Assembly (NCBI GenBank): GCA_965217585.1
Contig: OZ244561.1
Location: forward strand, 4,864,001-4,928,000
Direction of reading: 5' to 3'
Origin: Candidatus Latescibacterota bacterium
GTDB taxonomy: Bacteria > Latescibacterota > UBA2968 > UBA8231
DNA length: 64,000 nt
Part shown: positions 28,932-38,306 of the stretch, piece after piece
Numbering within the stretch: the stretch's first letter is position 1
Layout of the letters: every line of letters starts with the position of its first letter
Notes under the pieces: model-generated
What the model saw: only the letters and a program-made list of their open reading frames with translations
Database searches by the model: none
Told to the model about the DNA's origin: nothing
Position numbers and translations under genes: made by a program

Positions 28932-30482
28932 TCAGGCGGGATTTTTGAACTCGACACTGTAGAGCTCGCCGCAGCGTATCTCAAAGCCCAGCGAGATCGG
29001 CCCCTCGCCTTGGTGGCCTAGGTCGGCCTCGCCTTGCCAGGTCACCTCGCGGTCTAGCTGGTCGCCCACCAGCCAGTCGCAGTCCTCGAATGAGCGGCCG
29101 GGCAGGGGCTGGTACTTGCGATCCATGACCTGCACCTTTACGCTGCCTCCGGGCACGGTCTTGAAGTTGAGGTGGACGCGGCGCTGCTCAATTGCTAGCT
29201 GAAAGGTTCTGAAGCGCCCCTCTACCGGCGCTTCTAGGGCAGCGAGCCGTCCCTTGGGCCACCAGGCCCAGGCAATGTGCCCGTGCGGCGGCTGGCGCAG
29301 ATGCTTGTGCGGCTCCGGCGAGCCGCATATGGTGATGCCCATGCGCTCTCCGGGCAATGGCACTAGGCCGACGCCGGCGGATACTGCCCCCTCGACCCAT
29401 GCACCCCCATCGCCGGGTTCGCATACCGGTCCGCCGGGCACGAAGTTCCACACCACATTGTCCGGGCTGGCGGCCAGCACAAAGCTGAAGGAATCGTCGA
29501 TCAAGCGCCAGCGCAGCGGGAACATGAGGTGATAGTCGGTGGTGCCCGGCATTTTTGTTTTGGAATTGGCGTACCACAAATCGTAGGGTTCAGCCGCGGC
29601 GTTGGGCCAGAAGACTTCCTCGGACAAGGGCAGGCGGCGGAAATCTGCAGAAGCGGTGCGACCGATGCTGCGGCGGTTGAAGAAATGGCTGCGGCAATAG
29701 GCCACGTACTGTCCCAGTACTGGATCGTATTCGCAGACATTGTGGGTGTCGCTGACTTGAGCGACGAGCGGGTCGGGGATTGGCGTCCAGCTAAAGCCGT
29801 CCGGCGAGATGGCACCGAACAGGCCGTCCCACTTTTCTGCCTCCAGATTGAGTGCCTCCACCTCGCCGGGTCTCTGTTGCAGGTAGCGCTGCTTTTGGGC
29901 CGGACTTAGCTGGCCTATGTAAATCATTTTGTAGCGCTCCGCAGAACAGGCCGACTCATCCTTGAACACGGTGGCACCGTGCAAACCGGTCTCTTCGACC
30001 TGGGGCAGCCCGTAAACAATATTGTTGTCCTTGGAGCCCTTGCGCTCGACCCGGCCCTGGGCGGGAAAACGCCAGTTTTCACCGTCGTCCGATTCGGCGT
30101 AGCAGATGTAGTCGGCCGCGCCCATGGGGTGTTTTTCGTGGCCGATATGTTCGCCCGCGAATAACTCGTACCAGAGACGGTAGCGTCCCTCTGCGTGGAT
30201 CGCGGTGCCGGGCCAGATAAAGCCTTCGTCCTCCGCCGGCAGCAGGAAAGGCTCGCTCTTAGTCGCCGGTTTAGCGCGCAGGCGGATGCCGATGGGCATA
30301 TAATTCGGCTCGTGTAGCAGTGGTGGCCTCTCGTCGTTGGTCCAGATCCTCAGCCAATCCCCTGCGGCGTTGCGCCAGCCGGTTGAATGGCTGCCGTGAT
30401 GGATGTAGCGCCAGTCGTGAAAGTAGATAATATTCGACGGCAATTTGTAGGGAGGGTGCTGGTTGCGGATGGGAGAAATCAT
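28932..30482 (-). CDS. Beta-propeller hydrolase-like protein (paralog 6)
   Basis: YAESDDGENW, SPDGFSW, DTHN, RSFEDCDWLVGD..VTWQGEADL. Confidence 0.75.
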   Translation of the reverse strand: MISPIRNQHPPYKLPSNIIYFHDWRYIHHGSHSTGWRNAAGDWLRIWTNDERPPLLHEPNYMPIGIRLRAKPATKSEPFLLPAEDEGFIWPGTAIHAEGRYRLWYELFAGEHIGHEKHPMGAADYICYAESDDGENWRFPAQGRVERKGSKDNNIVYGLPQVEETGLHGATVFKDESACSAERYKMIYIGQLSPAQKQRYLQQRPGEVEALNLEAEKWDGLFGAISPDGFSWTPIPDPLVAQVSDTHNVCEYDPVLGQYVAYCRSHFFNRRSIGRTASADFRRLPLSEEVFWPNAAAEPYDLWYANSKTKMPGTTDYHLMFPLRWRLIDDSFSFVLAASPDNVVWNFVPGGPVCEPGDGGAWVEGAVSAGVGLVPLPGERMGITICGSPEPHKHLRQPPHGHIAWAWWPKGRLAALEAPVEGRFRTFQLAIEQRRVHLNFKTVPGGSVKVQVMDRKYQPLPGRSFEDCDWLVGDQLDREVTWQGEADLGHQGEGPISLGFEIRCGELYSVEFKNPA

Positions 30483-30520
30483 GGTTTTATCCTTGGTAGA
30501 GAATGCGGCTCGGTTTCCAG

Positions 30521-33457
30521 TTATAGGAGCCGTCCATATTCGGTAAAGCCGATGAGGACGCGGGCGAAAAAAGTCAGCGCATCAAAGGCATCGTCTGCCC
30601 GCGATTCCTCGTCGAATGCCTTGACCTCCCGCTGCAACCCCACGATTGTGCGCAAATCGTAGCCGAAATACTTCGAGCGATTGCTCACATTGAGATACAA
30701 TGTGCGCTGGTCAAAACTGTTGCGTGAATTGACTCGGTCCTCGACCCGGTAGGGCAGCGGCCCCAAGCCCTGGATGCCTAGTTGTAGCTGGCTGCGCTGC
30801 ATCAGCGGCAGGGTACAGCGCAGGATGGGAATGACACTGAACTCCGAGCGCACGGTGCGGCGGGCGTAGCGGCCGTCGGTCTGGCGGTCAGCGGCCTGAT
30901 CGACCAGGCGCAGCAGCAGGACCTTGAACTGGGGTTGGATCTGCAGCCGGTGCCAATGCCAAGTGTAGTCGGCGCGGCTGACCCAAGTGAAGAAGTCGAG
31001 CCGTTTGTCGCGCTGGACTAGGCCGCCGGGCAAGGGACCGGCTTGTTGCCAGTTAAAGCGCAGACGGATCTTGTGGACCATCTGGAGGGTGGACCAGGGA
31101 TTGAGCCAGCTCTCTAGGTAGGTCTCATTAACGTAGCTGTTGCGATACAGCAGTGGGTCGGCGAGGAAATTGTTAGTGAAAGAGGGCTTGTTGCCGGCGG
31201 TCAGGCCGCGAAAATCCGTCTCTACGCTCCGCGGTCGTTCGACCAGCACGGAGAATTCGTCGGCGATATCGTCTTTGACGCGGCGCAGGTGGTTTTCGAA
31301 AAACAGCCGCTGCAGGCGTCCCAGCTCTTCGCGCCGGTAGTTCACCAGCGCGTAGGTTGACTCGTTGCGCCCGCCGCCGGCGATCTGTTCGACGTCGTAG
31401 CGCCCCACCCCCAAAGACCAGTGGGGCGTCAGATCCAGTTGGCCGAATAGGTGGACGCCGCGCTGGTCGGGGTCGTAGGGGTAGTCGGGATCTAGGTCGT
31501 CCTCGCGCACATCGGGATCGTCGTTGTTGTTGCGGTCGAGGCCGTAAAAGAAGTCGTTGGACTCGACGTAGTACATGAGGAAGGGCTCGACGTAGTCGGG
31601 CACATCGTTGAAGTTGCGGTTGGTGTCGGGTAGGCCGTCGTTGTCGTCGTCCTGGCCAGGGAACACTCCGTCGATGTCCTCGTCTTCGCGGTCGTTGGGT
31701 TGCCCCTGCAGATTGCCCACGCGCTTATCCGGGTAGCGGTCGCCGTCCTCGTTGTCCTGCACTAGGTCCCAGAAGATGGTGTTGTTGGTCAGGCCGGCCA
31801 GCGAAGTTTCTGTCAAACCGATTTCGAACGGCACAAAGGTGCGCATTCCCGTGTGGAAGTCTGGATTCATGGCAAAGGCTTCGGCCCCTAAGCGGCCCCC
31901 CTTGAACCAGCGCACGGCATTAATGAACCAAGCCGATCCTTGCTCGGAGAAGCGCGGTCCCCGGTCGTACAGCGTGGTCTGGTCCATATGCGCCGGAAAG
32001 CGAGAGTAGCGCGCTGAGCGGGCGTACTCGCCGTTGATTTCCAGGCCAACCAGGGAAAGGTGCATATCGGCGCTGTAGGTGAAAAGCGATGTGTTTTCGC
32101 CCACATTGATCCGCCTCCTGGCCAGATTGGACCCGTCTTGCACATTGCCCTCGGCGCGCAGGACCGGTCGGTAGAATGTGCTCACGTACTGGTTGGGATA
32201 GCCGCGTCCCCGCGGGTTGTTGAGATTGAGAGTGGCCACTTCTACTCGGTAGTCGTTGGCCAGCGCCGCTTCCACAGCCACCGATTCCACGTAAGGCTCC
32301 TGCGACAGATCGAAGAGGAACACCAAATGCTCGTTGCCGTCGGCTTGTAAGATCTGCTCGGACGATTCGACTTTGAAGGTGGCCAGCAGCCCTTCGAGGT
32401 TGGTATTACCACTCACATCAATGCCGGCCTCGTGGTCGGCGCGATAGAGGTAATCGGCAAAGAGCGGCATATCGTTTCTACCGCGGTAGTAGAGCGTGGA
32501 GGTCTGGTAATAACCCCGGGGGTTGGTGTAAATGGTCGGATTGAATTGGCCCGTCAGCCGGGAGATAGTGCCCACCTGCGTATCCACGCCTTCGGAGTGG
32601 CGAATTACTGTTGGCACGATATCGGGCCGGGCTTCGCCGTTCAGTACGAGTTGCGCTTCCTGCACCAAGGCACCGCCGCGGCCGTCTTGGGGCGAGTCGT
32701 CGGTAAAGCGCACCACAACTTGGTCCATGGACGGCAGGCTGGGCCTCAGGGAGCCTTTGAGGCTGTTGTTGTCTTGGGTGCTTTGGTACACGTGCGTGTT
32801 CACGCCGTTCAGGCCCAGCCGCAGGGCCCCGATATCCGTCTCCAGCCGGGTCCCCAGCAGCATGGTCGAAGCGTCGGCAAAGTGCGTGTTTTCGATGGCC
32901 CAGGGGGGAACGGATTCAACGTAAAAATGGGGGCGCTCAATGCGCGATCCCAGGAAGGTGAAGCGGGCATAAGGGGTGGCCAAGTCGAAGCGGGTGCCAT
33001 TAAAGTCAACTTGCGACAGGGTCAGTGGCGTGAAGCGGGCGATCAGCCCATCGCCGACAATGGCGCTGTATCCCCAGCCGTTATAGCTATCGCGGCCCAC
33101 CACCAGAAAATCGAAAACCGTACTCCATTGGTTGCGATCCTTGAAGATACTACTGCCGTATTCCTGACCCAGAGTGCGGCGCTCGGTCCAGTCGTATAGG
33201 TCGTAACCAGTGATGAGGGGATCGCCGAAGGAATCGTAGAAGGCCCGGGGTCGGTCGGAGTAGGGGAAGGTGTGGTCCGGGTAGTTGGAATAGCCCTGAA
33301 AGGCATAGTTATTGTACTGGGGCAACTGCCGCCAGAGAAAGTCCTGGGAAGGCAGAATCTCGGGAATGCCCAGACGCGGCGTTGCTGCCAAACTCGGGAC
33401 TATTGCCCACAGCAGCGCTAGGAGCACACAGCAGATTTGCATTGTCGGTTTTTTCAC
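30521..33457 (-). CDS. Large secreted/outer-membrane protein with Asp-rich Ca-binding-like core (paralog C)
   Basis: Signal peptide; YDSFG, RFTPLTL, DDSPQDG, VQDNEDGDRYPD..GVFPGQDDDNDGLPDTNRN..PDYVEPFLMY..PDYPYD; amphipathic strands at the C-terminus. Confidence 0.75.
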   Translation of the reverse strand: MKKPTMQICCVLLALLWAIVPSLAATPRLGIPEILPSQDFLWRQLPQYNNYAFQGYSNYPDHTFPYSDRPRAFYDSFGDPLITGYDLYDWTERRTLGQEYGSSIFKDRNQWSTVFDFLVVGRDSYNGWGYSAIVGDGLIARFTPLTLSQVDFNGTRFDLATPYARFTFLGSRIERPHFYVESVPPWAIENTHFADASTMLLGTRLETDIGALRLGLNGVNTHVYQSTQDNNSLKGSLRPSLPSMDQVVVRFTDDSPQDGRGGALVQEAQLVLNGEARPDIVPTVIRHSEGVDTQVGTISRLTGQFNPTIYTNPRGYYQTSTLYYRGRNDMPLFADYLYRADHEAGIDVSGNTNLEGLLATFKVESSEQILQADGNEHLVFLFDLSQEPYVESVAVEAALANDYRVEVATLNLNNPRGRGYPNQYVSTFYRPVLRAEGNVQDGSNLARRRINVGENTSLFTYSADMHLSLVGLEINGEYARSARYSRFPAHMDQTTLYDRGPRFSEQGSAWFINAVRWFKGGRLGAEAFAMNPDFHTGMRTFVPFEIGLTETSLAGLTNNTIFWDLVQDNEDGDRYPDKRVGNLQGQPNDREDEDIDGVFPGQDDDNDGLPDTNRNFNDVPDYVEPFLMYYVESNDFFYGLDRNNNDDPDVREDDLDPDYPYDPDQRGVHLFGQLDLTPHWSLGVGRYDVEQIAGGGRNESTYALVNYRREELGRLQRLFFENHLRRVKDDIADEFSVLVERPRSVETDFRGLTAGNKPSFTNNFLADPLLYRNSYVNETYLESWLNPWSTLQMVHKIRLRFNWQQAGPLPGGLVQRDKRLDFFTWVSRADYTWHWHRLQIQPQFKVLLLRLVDQAADRQTDGRYARRTVRSEFSVIPILRCTLPLMQRSQLQLGIQGLGPLPYRVEDRVNSRNSFDQRTLYLNVSNRSKYFGYDLRTIVGLQREVKAFDEESRADDAFDALTFFARVLIGFTEYGRLL

Positions 33458-33473
33458 GATCGGCCCATTTCCA

Positions 33474-35576
33474 TCAGTACACCACGGCTACGGCGCACAG
33501 GCGGCTTTCTTCTTCGCGCTCCAGCAGGATCCGCACTCGCACTAGGTAGAGTCCCGGTGCCACCAGTTCGCCGGTATCGTCCCTGCCGTTCCACAGGCCC
33601 GGCACCGAGGCCGACGCAGACGGTAGCCGCACGTATTCGCCCGCGCTCAGAGCGGCTGCATATAGGGCGCGCACAGGTTGGCCCCGGACATCGAATATGT
33701 CCACCTCTACTACTTGGGGCTCGCTCACCCGCGCCAGGGTGAATTCGATCACTGTTGCGTCGTTGATGCCGTCGCCGTTGGGGCTGAATGCCCTTGGCAC
33801 CGGACGCACCTGACTCAACAGGGACCCCTCGACGCCGCTGGCAGACACCTGCCACGAGCGCGGCTGACCGCTGTCTGGATCGGGTTCAATGTTCTCCTCG
33901 GCATCTAGTGTCGCGCCCCCGTCTGGACCAGAAACTTGGGCGCGGAATTGGAAGACATTGCTCAGCAGCCGTCCGCGAAAGCGCATTTCTAGGATCCCTG
34001 CTTGGCGCCAGGGCTCGGCCAGTACTAGGTCCAGCGCGGTGCTCGATGCTGTGGTTGCGGCGATTTCCACTCCAGGCGGGAGCACAATTTCCTCTAGCTC
34101 GATCTGGCTGGGCAGGGCAACGCGCACCCGCTCCACCCCCAGATCATCAGCACTGAAGTCCAACTCTAGGCGATAGGTGAAAAGGGTATCGCGGCCCAGC
34201 ACGGCCCGATTGGGTTCGACCCAGCCGCGGACCAGCGAGGCCGGCACTTGGTCGGTGAAATCGACAATCAGACTGTCCAAGCGCGGGCCCGCGTCTTCGA
34301 ATTGGGTTTCCATATGGACCCGGTACTGCAGGAAAGTGCGCGGTTCGGGCACCTGTAGCAGCGTCGGGCTGGTGTACACCGGTGCGCTCCAGTCGCTCCA
34401 GGTGCTGCCGTCGTTCGAGCTGCGGAATTGTAGCCCGAGCGCGGTGCCGGTCGGCACCTGGCCGCCCCAGCGCACGGAGGTGAAATTCTTGCGCTCGCCG
34501 GGTCGTCCTAGGTCTAGGGGCGGCGAGACAAAGCTGCCCGCAGAGGCAACACCGCTGCCCAGCACCTGAATCTCGGCTACTTTGGCGCGCTGCACTGCAT
34601 CGACCTCGGCGACGATCACTCGTAGGTAACGGGCAAAGACCGGGGCAAAGGCAATGGCTGTACGCTCGGGCTGATTAATGCCGTGCAGCACGCCCACCTC
34701 GCTCCACCCAAACTGGTCGTTACTCACTTGGACGGCGTAGCCGCGCAGGGTGTTCTGGACCAACTCGTCGGCGTTTCTGCCCTGGGTCAGGACCCGCACC
34801 TCGCTGATTAGACGCCGGTCCAACAGATCCACCTGGGCAATGGCGTTCAACTCGGTCGGATCTACGGTCCAGCCGGTATTGGAACGGCCGTCGAATACTT
34901 CCGGGCGGTTGGAAGGCAGCCTGAACGCTAGATTCTCTCCCTCCACTGAACGTAGGCTCAGGCCGCCAGCCGCCCGGCCTATGTCGATGCTACCGGGAAA
35001 GCCGGCGATGACATCCGCCTTCAGCGTATCGGACCAGCCGGATACGCCCGTCCGGTCCAGTTGGCCGCGCTGTACTTGCTGCCAGGCGTCCAGCCGGCTC
35101 ACATTAGCTGTCAGCCAGTCCGCGTCTTCTTGGGGTTCGCCGCTCCAGTACCACAAATCCTGCAAAGCACCAAAGGTGCTGACCCATAACTGCTCTGCGG
35201 CGCTCACCGCCACAACTAGGCCGCTACCGTTGCCCCGGCCGCGGTTAACGACGCGTACGGCCAGCTCGTTTTTGCGTCGCTTGAGCTCGACCGGGTACTC
35301 TTCCATGGTGGTCCAATCGTCGTCGCTGCCGATGGCTTCACCGTTGAGGAAAACCTCGTATTCGTTTACCGCGGTCAGGCGCAGCAGCGCAGATCCCTCC
35401 TCGGGTGCATTGAAGGTATGCCGGTAGTACACGGTCTGCTCCCACTGGTCAACGGTCCATTCCTCCGCATGGCCCGTGGTGCTCACCAGCAGGGCCGTGG
35501 CCAATAGCAATGGACGCAACAGCAAAGGTGGCCTCTGCGGGGCTGAGTTACTCGCTTGGTCTGTTCTCGTCCACAT
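33474..35576 (-). CDS. Secreted multi-beta-sandwich protein (discoidin-like) with FlgD-Ig C-terminus, paralog 2
   Basis: Signal peptide GHA-E; YAVQVSND..W, ARYLRV, FSPNGDGIND, WNGRDDTG..PGLYLVRV. Confidence 0.75.
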   Translation of the reverse strand: MWTRTDQASNSAPQRPPLLLRPLLLATALLVSTTGHAEEWTVDQWEQTVYYRHTFNAPEEGSALLRLTAVNEYEVFLNGEAIGSDDDWTTMEEYPVELKRRKNELAVRVVNRGRGNGSGLVVAVSAAEQLWVSTFGALQDLWYWSGEPQEDADWLTANVSRLDAWQQVQRGQLDRTGVSGWSDTLKADVIAGFPGSIDIGRAAGGLSLRSVEGENLAFRLPSNRPEVFDGRSNTGWTVDPTELNAIAQVDLLDRRLISEVRVLTQGRNADELVQNTLRGYAVQVSNDQFGWSEVGVLHGINQPERTAIAFAPVFARYLRVIVAEVDAVQRAKVAEIQVLGSGVASAGSFVSPPLDLGRPGERKNFTSVRWGGQVPTGTALGLQFRSSNDGSTWSDWSAPVYTSPTLLQVPEPRTFLQYRVHMETQFEDAGPRLDSLIVDFTDQVPASLVRGWVEPNRAVLGRDTLFTYRLELDFSADDLGVERVRVALPSQIELEEIVLPPGVEIAATTASSTALDLVLAEPWRQAGILEMRFRGRLLSNVFQFRAQVSGPDGGATLDAEENIEPDPDSGQPRSWQVSASGVEGSLLSQVRPVPRAFSPNGDGINDATVIEFTLARVSEPQVVEVDIFDVRGQPVRALYAAALSAGEYVRLPSASASVPGLWNGRDDTGELVAPGLYLVRVRILLEREEESRLCAVAVVY

Positions 35577-38302
35577 TATTGTACCGGCTCCAGTCCCACG
35601 ACCATGCGAATAAAAAACTGTTCGAAATCAATATCCTCGAATTTCCGCGTGCGGTCCTTCATGCGGCGTCGGCTGATCTCGTAGCCAGCCGTAAGTGCCA
35701 TATCGAAACCAGCGTATTCAAAGCGATTGACCAGCATGAAAAGCGCATCGCGGGTGTTGTAGTCCTGGTCCGTATTTTTGCCATTGCGGTAGATGCTAGG
35801 CAGCGCGGACAGCCCCTGGAAGCCGCCGCGCAGGAAGGTGCGCTCGGTGAATTTGAAATCGGCCACTATCATGGGAAAGCCGAAGACCTCGGATAGCGGC
35901 TGAATGCGCCCCTCGTCGTCGGTGCGGCGGCGCAGCATGAGCTTGTAGCGCGGCGATACTTCTAGCCCGCCCAAGCGCCAGCGGTAATCTGCTCGCAACA
36001 CCGAGGTCCATAGCTGAATCGCATTATCGCCGCTCCTGCCGCTGAACTGCTGGTTGACTTCGAACTTGAGATTGGCACCGACAAAGAGGTTGCGCACCCC
36101 CCGGAAGGCGAAGTCGACGAAGGCGGTGTTGACGGCGCTGTCCAGCAGCAACAATTCGTCTTCGACAAAGGTTTCAATGGTGGCACGCGGATTAAAGATG
36201 TCGAAATTGGCCACGTCGCCAAAGCGGAATACCCCGTCGGGGATATCGTCCTGCACCCGCTTTAAGAAGTCCACTGCCTGCAGTTCGCCCCAACTGCCGA
36301 AGCGCCGCTGGTACTCGGCTTTGGCGTACCACACATCCGCCCGTTGGCCGCCCCAAATGGCCTCTATATCGTAGCGTCCGAAGGTCAGTTCCAGCGCCCG
36401 CTGGGGCTGAAAGCGCACAAAGAGATGGTAGCCTTGGCGGTTGAGATCGTACGGGTAGTCCGGCTTATTGTCGTTTTCGCGCACGTCAATGACGCCATTG
36501 TTGTTCAAATCGTCGCCGTAGTCGAAATCGTCTGGATTGACGTCGTAGAGCAAAAAGGGCTCGAAATAATCGGGTACCTGGTTGCGATTGCGGTTGGTGT
36601 CGGGGGTGCCGTCTTGGTCCTTGTCCAGGCCGGGGAAAATTCCGTTCTGGTCCTCGAAACTGGGTATGAAGAAATCGTCTGGAAAAGGATCCTTGTCGTC
36701 GTTGTCGTCAACGGTGTTCAGGTCGAAGGTATTGTTCAGGCTCTCGTCGGTTGAACCTAGCTGACCGGCGAATGGCCCGGTGCCAGTGGCAGCGTATGCC
36801 CCCAGCGTCAGATCGGTCACCGAAAGCTGCGTGCTGTACTCGGGACTGAGACGGAACAATTCCCCGCCAGCGGCAATTTTTGGGGTGAATTCCCGCTCGA
36901 TATTGAGCAGATAGGCGTGCCCACCGCGGTCGTGGCGCTGGCCGCGGTGGTCGTGGACGGGGTACTGGAGGAAGTTGAAGCTGTGGGCCCACTCGCCCTT
37001 GAAGTGGAAGCCTTTTACGTCCGTGCTCAGGCCTAGGCCAGTCAAGGTGAGGCCGGTCTGGCGGCCGTAGTCAAAGCGGATCTGCTCGACATCAGCACCA
37101 GCGGATCCACGTCCTTTGGAACCGGCCAAACTTTTGTAAAAAGTTGCGCGGTTGCGCTGAGCCGGTTCATTGCGGGATTCGCGCGGATCAACGGCGTAGA
37201 TTTCCGACACGCTGACGCGATAATTGCCGCTCAGTAGCGCCTCGAAGGAGGCCGACACCACTTCCTCGTCTGCGGGCAGCGGGAACCAGAACAATACATA
37301 GTTTTTGCCATCGGCGCGGAAAAAACCACCGGGTTCGGGGGTCTGCAGCGGATAGGTGCCCAAGCGGCGGCCCTGCAACACTTCCACGTAGGGCGGAATC
37401 GGCCGTTTGAAGAAGAAGTCCTTGTTGGGAAAGCTCGGATTAAAATCCTCAGTGTTGTGACGCGTGACAAAAGATTCGATATCGTCTCGCCGCTCGCCGT
37501 TGAGCAGGATATTGACGTCGAAGACCCGGGCCCCATTGCCGTCCAAGGGCGAGGTGTCTTCAATGCGGACCACCAAATAATCGATTACCTGTACCCGGTT
37601 GGGCAACTGACCCTTCATGCCGTTCCAATCGGGCGGCGAGCGGGTGTCAATGCGGAAGAGGTTCACATAAGAGGTACTCAGGTCGATGGTGCGCCAGCGC
37701 CATTGCCAGTGGCCGCCCAACAGGTACGAGGCGAAGGCGGCGGTGCTCAAGGCGGCGGCGTCCTTTTGGGAAAGTACGGGCTTGTCCATGCGCGAGGCTA
37801 GGACCGAGAAGTTGTGCCTTTCATTGGCCAGGTCCCAGCGGATGCCATTGAGGGCGGCCAGATCTAGGATCAACGGCGAGAAATGGGTGCGGATACGGTC
37901 GCCGATGATCAGCCGCGTCTGCCAGCTCTTATAGCTATCGTCGGCCACCATTAGGCGGTTGAGAAAACCCTCGTAATTATTCGGCTTGGCAATGGTGCTG
38001 CCGCTGAATACCTGGGCCGGATCGTCGAAGCGGCGGTTTTCCCGCAGGTGGTACACCTCGACGCCGTTTACCAGAAAGTCGCCGAACTCGTCGTACACGG
38101 GATTGGCCGTGCGCGTGATGACATTGCGGGGCCAGGTCCGGTAGCCCTCTAGGCCGTAGTTGTCGTAGGTGAGCAGGCCGGGGCGGTATAGCATCATGCG
38201 GGCACCTGTGGTGTGGGGATCGAGCAGTCTGGGCTCGCCTTCGCCACGCACCATCGTTGCTAGGGCCGCTATAAGCGCGCCTATTGAGATCGCTTTCAGC
38301 AT
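35576..38302 (-). CDS. Large secreted/outer-membrane Asp-rich protein (paralog B)
   Basis: Signal peptide; YDEFG, NGIRWD, VDDNDDKDPFPD..GIFPGLDKDQDGTPDTNRN..EPFLLY..DLNNNGVIDVRENDNKPDYPYD. Confidence 0.75.
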   Translation of the reverse strand: MLKAISIGALIAALATMVRGEGEPRLLDPHTTGARMMLYRPGLLTYDNYGLEGYRTWPRNVITRTANPVYDEFGDFLVNGVEVYHLRENRRFDDPAQVFSGSTIAKPNNYEGFLNRLMVADDSYKSWQTRLIIGDRIRTHFSPLILDLAALNGIRWDLANERHNFSVLASRMDKPVLSQKDAAALSTAAFASYLLGGHWQWRWRTIDLSTSYVNLFRIDTRSPPDWNGMKGQLPNRVQVIDYLVVRIEDTSPLDGNGARVFDVNILLNGERRDDIESFVTRHNTEDFNPSFPNKDFFFKRPIPPYVEVLQGRRLGTYPLQTPEPGGFFRADGKNYVLFWFPLPADEEVVSASFEALLSGNYRVSVSEIYAVDPRESRNEPAQRNRATFYKSLAGSKGRGSAGADVEQIRFDYGRQTGLTLTGLGLSTDVKGFHFKGEWAHSFNFLQYPVHDHRGQRHDRGGHAYLLNIEREFTPKIAAGGELFRLSPEYSTQLSVTDLTLGAYAATGTGPFAGQLGSTDESLNNTFDLNTVDDNDDKDPFPDDFFIPSFEDQNGIFPGLDKDQDGTPDTNRNRNQVPDYFEPFLLYDVNPDDFDYGDDLNNNGVIDVRENDNKPDYPYDLNRQGYHLFVRFQPQRALELTFGRYDIEAIWGGQRADVWYAKAEYQRRFGSWGELQAVDFLKRVQDDIPDGVFRFGDVANFDIFNPRATIETFVEDELLLLDSAVNTAFVDFAFRGVRNLFVGANLKFEVNQQFSGRSGDNAIQLWTSVLRADYRWRLGGLEVSPRYKLMLRRRTDDEGRIQPLSEVFGFPMIVADFKFTERTFLRGGFQGLSALPSIYRNGKNTDQDYNTRDALFMLVNRFEYAGFDMALTAGYEISRRRMKDRTRKFEDIDFEQFFIRMVVGLEPVQ

Positions 38303-38306
38303 AGAC

